Source: Saccostrea echinata (lineage: Eukaryota). Taken from it: 64,000 nt of DNA. Below, piece by piece: positions 62,842-64,000 of the stretch; the first letter of the stretch is position 1, and every line of letters starts with the position of its first letter. A program made the translations under genes and the position numbers. Location of the stretch: assembly GCF_033153115.1 (NCBI RefSeq), contig NW_026889761.1, positions 19,902,001-19,966,000 of the forward strand. Direction: 5' to 3'. The notes beneath the pieces were generated by a model. The model made no database searches and was not told where the DNA came from. It saw only the letters and a list, made by a program, of their open reading frames with translations.

Positions 62842-64000
62842 CTGCAAAAGCAACACAAAGAACATGTCACGTACAAAAAAAGTTGATAGAAATATCAGTA
62901 CAAGTACATGAACTATTGCAACTGAATCATAATATGGGGTCAGCAATTGATTTCAGTAAAAATAATATTAAAATATCACACTTACTAAATAATTACTTTA
63001 ACCACTTCATTCTGCTAACTGTTCTAGTAAAAATTTAATGATTGTCTCCCTTTGTTAGTATATTACCAATTTTGCTTTTATTTTTGACAGTATTTACTCT
63101 CCTCAAAACAGCTAGTAAATAAACTATGGATAAACAGTATATAACATTTATAATTAGTGCAATCATGAATTAATGAAATGCATCCTGAAGCAACTCTAAG
63201 GCTCCAGAAAAACATAATTAAGGAGTTACTAAGTTTTGTTGTCCCCAAGAGTTTTCAATAATGAGATTTGACTGTAGATATATTTTTTTCTGAATTGAAA
63301 TGAATTTGAGAATGTGAATATAAATGGATTTTATGTTTCCTTCATATGATACATGTATATTGACTTGTATTAAATTAAAACTTTAGAAACATGAATCATT
63401 ATAGCTACAAGTTCTGTCATTTATCAGGTGGCGTGACTCCACAAGTCACCTAGCAATCAGTTTTATTCTCAAACAGTTTACAAAAGAGCAATTTTAATGA
63501 ACCTTAAACCAATACAAAATTCCTAATATTATATAATTCTAGCTTACAATTTCCTTCCACCCCCCAGTAAATCATACACTTCCACACAATGTTTGCCTTT
63601 CTCTAACACCCACCTGTTAGCTAGTGAGAGATTTGTTATGATTCTATAGATATGCAGTTCTTCCTGCACGATCTGTGTTTGTTTTAGTTTGATTAAGTTG
63701 TTGGGTATTATAGAATGCTTTTAAACCAACTCCTACTTGTGATATCTCCAAAGTTGTGTTACATCATAATGCTATGCAAACAAAAATCACAATTAATTCC
63801 AATATATAAGCCCACTTAGAAAGATAGTGACACCTTTGAAGAAGAAGATTAATATGAATTATCAAAAAATTCATAAGATTCTGCCAGGAATTCAATCAGA
63901 AATATTAATATCTGAAGGAATTCCGTAACATGTACCTAATGTTGAATTCAAAACACATTCAAACATTCTTCATTTGTCATGCATCTTTCAAAGTAACAAT

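Overview
AT-rich eukaryotic genomic DNA with spliceosomal GT-AG introns. The repeat types and gene content point to a bivalve mollusc, most likely an oyster (inference). Genes reconstructed by hand from splice sites and reading phase: (1) the 5' part of a spliced Myb/SANT-like gene inside a PIF/Harbinger transposon end (-); (2) an SLC16/MCT-family transporter (-, 4 coding exons, about 635 aa); (3) DNA helicase B, HELB (-, 12 coding exons, about 1319 aa); (4,5) two intronless small heat-shock genes, each with two alpha-crystallin domains and an HSE/TATA promoter (-); (6) CFAP298/C21orf59 (+, 7 coding exons, 290 aa), head-to-head with the second sHSP; (7) the 3' part of an EVA1C/eva-1-like gene (-), convergent with CFAP298 as in vertebrates. 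Introns and intergenic DNA are packed with Helentron-type satellite carriers, MITEs, two 5-6 kb non-autonomous TIR elements, hairpin-ended elements and tRNA-derived SINE-like repeats. The most unusual pattern is five independent tandem arrays in three genes. Each copies the 3' end of an exon plus its splice donor into the downstream intron, making stacks of alternative donors.
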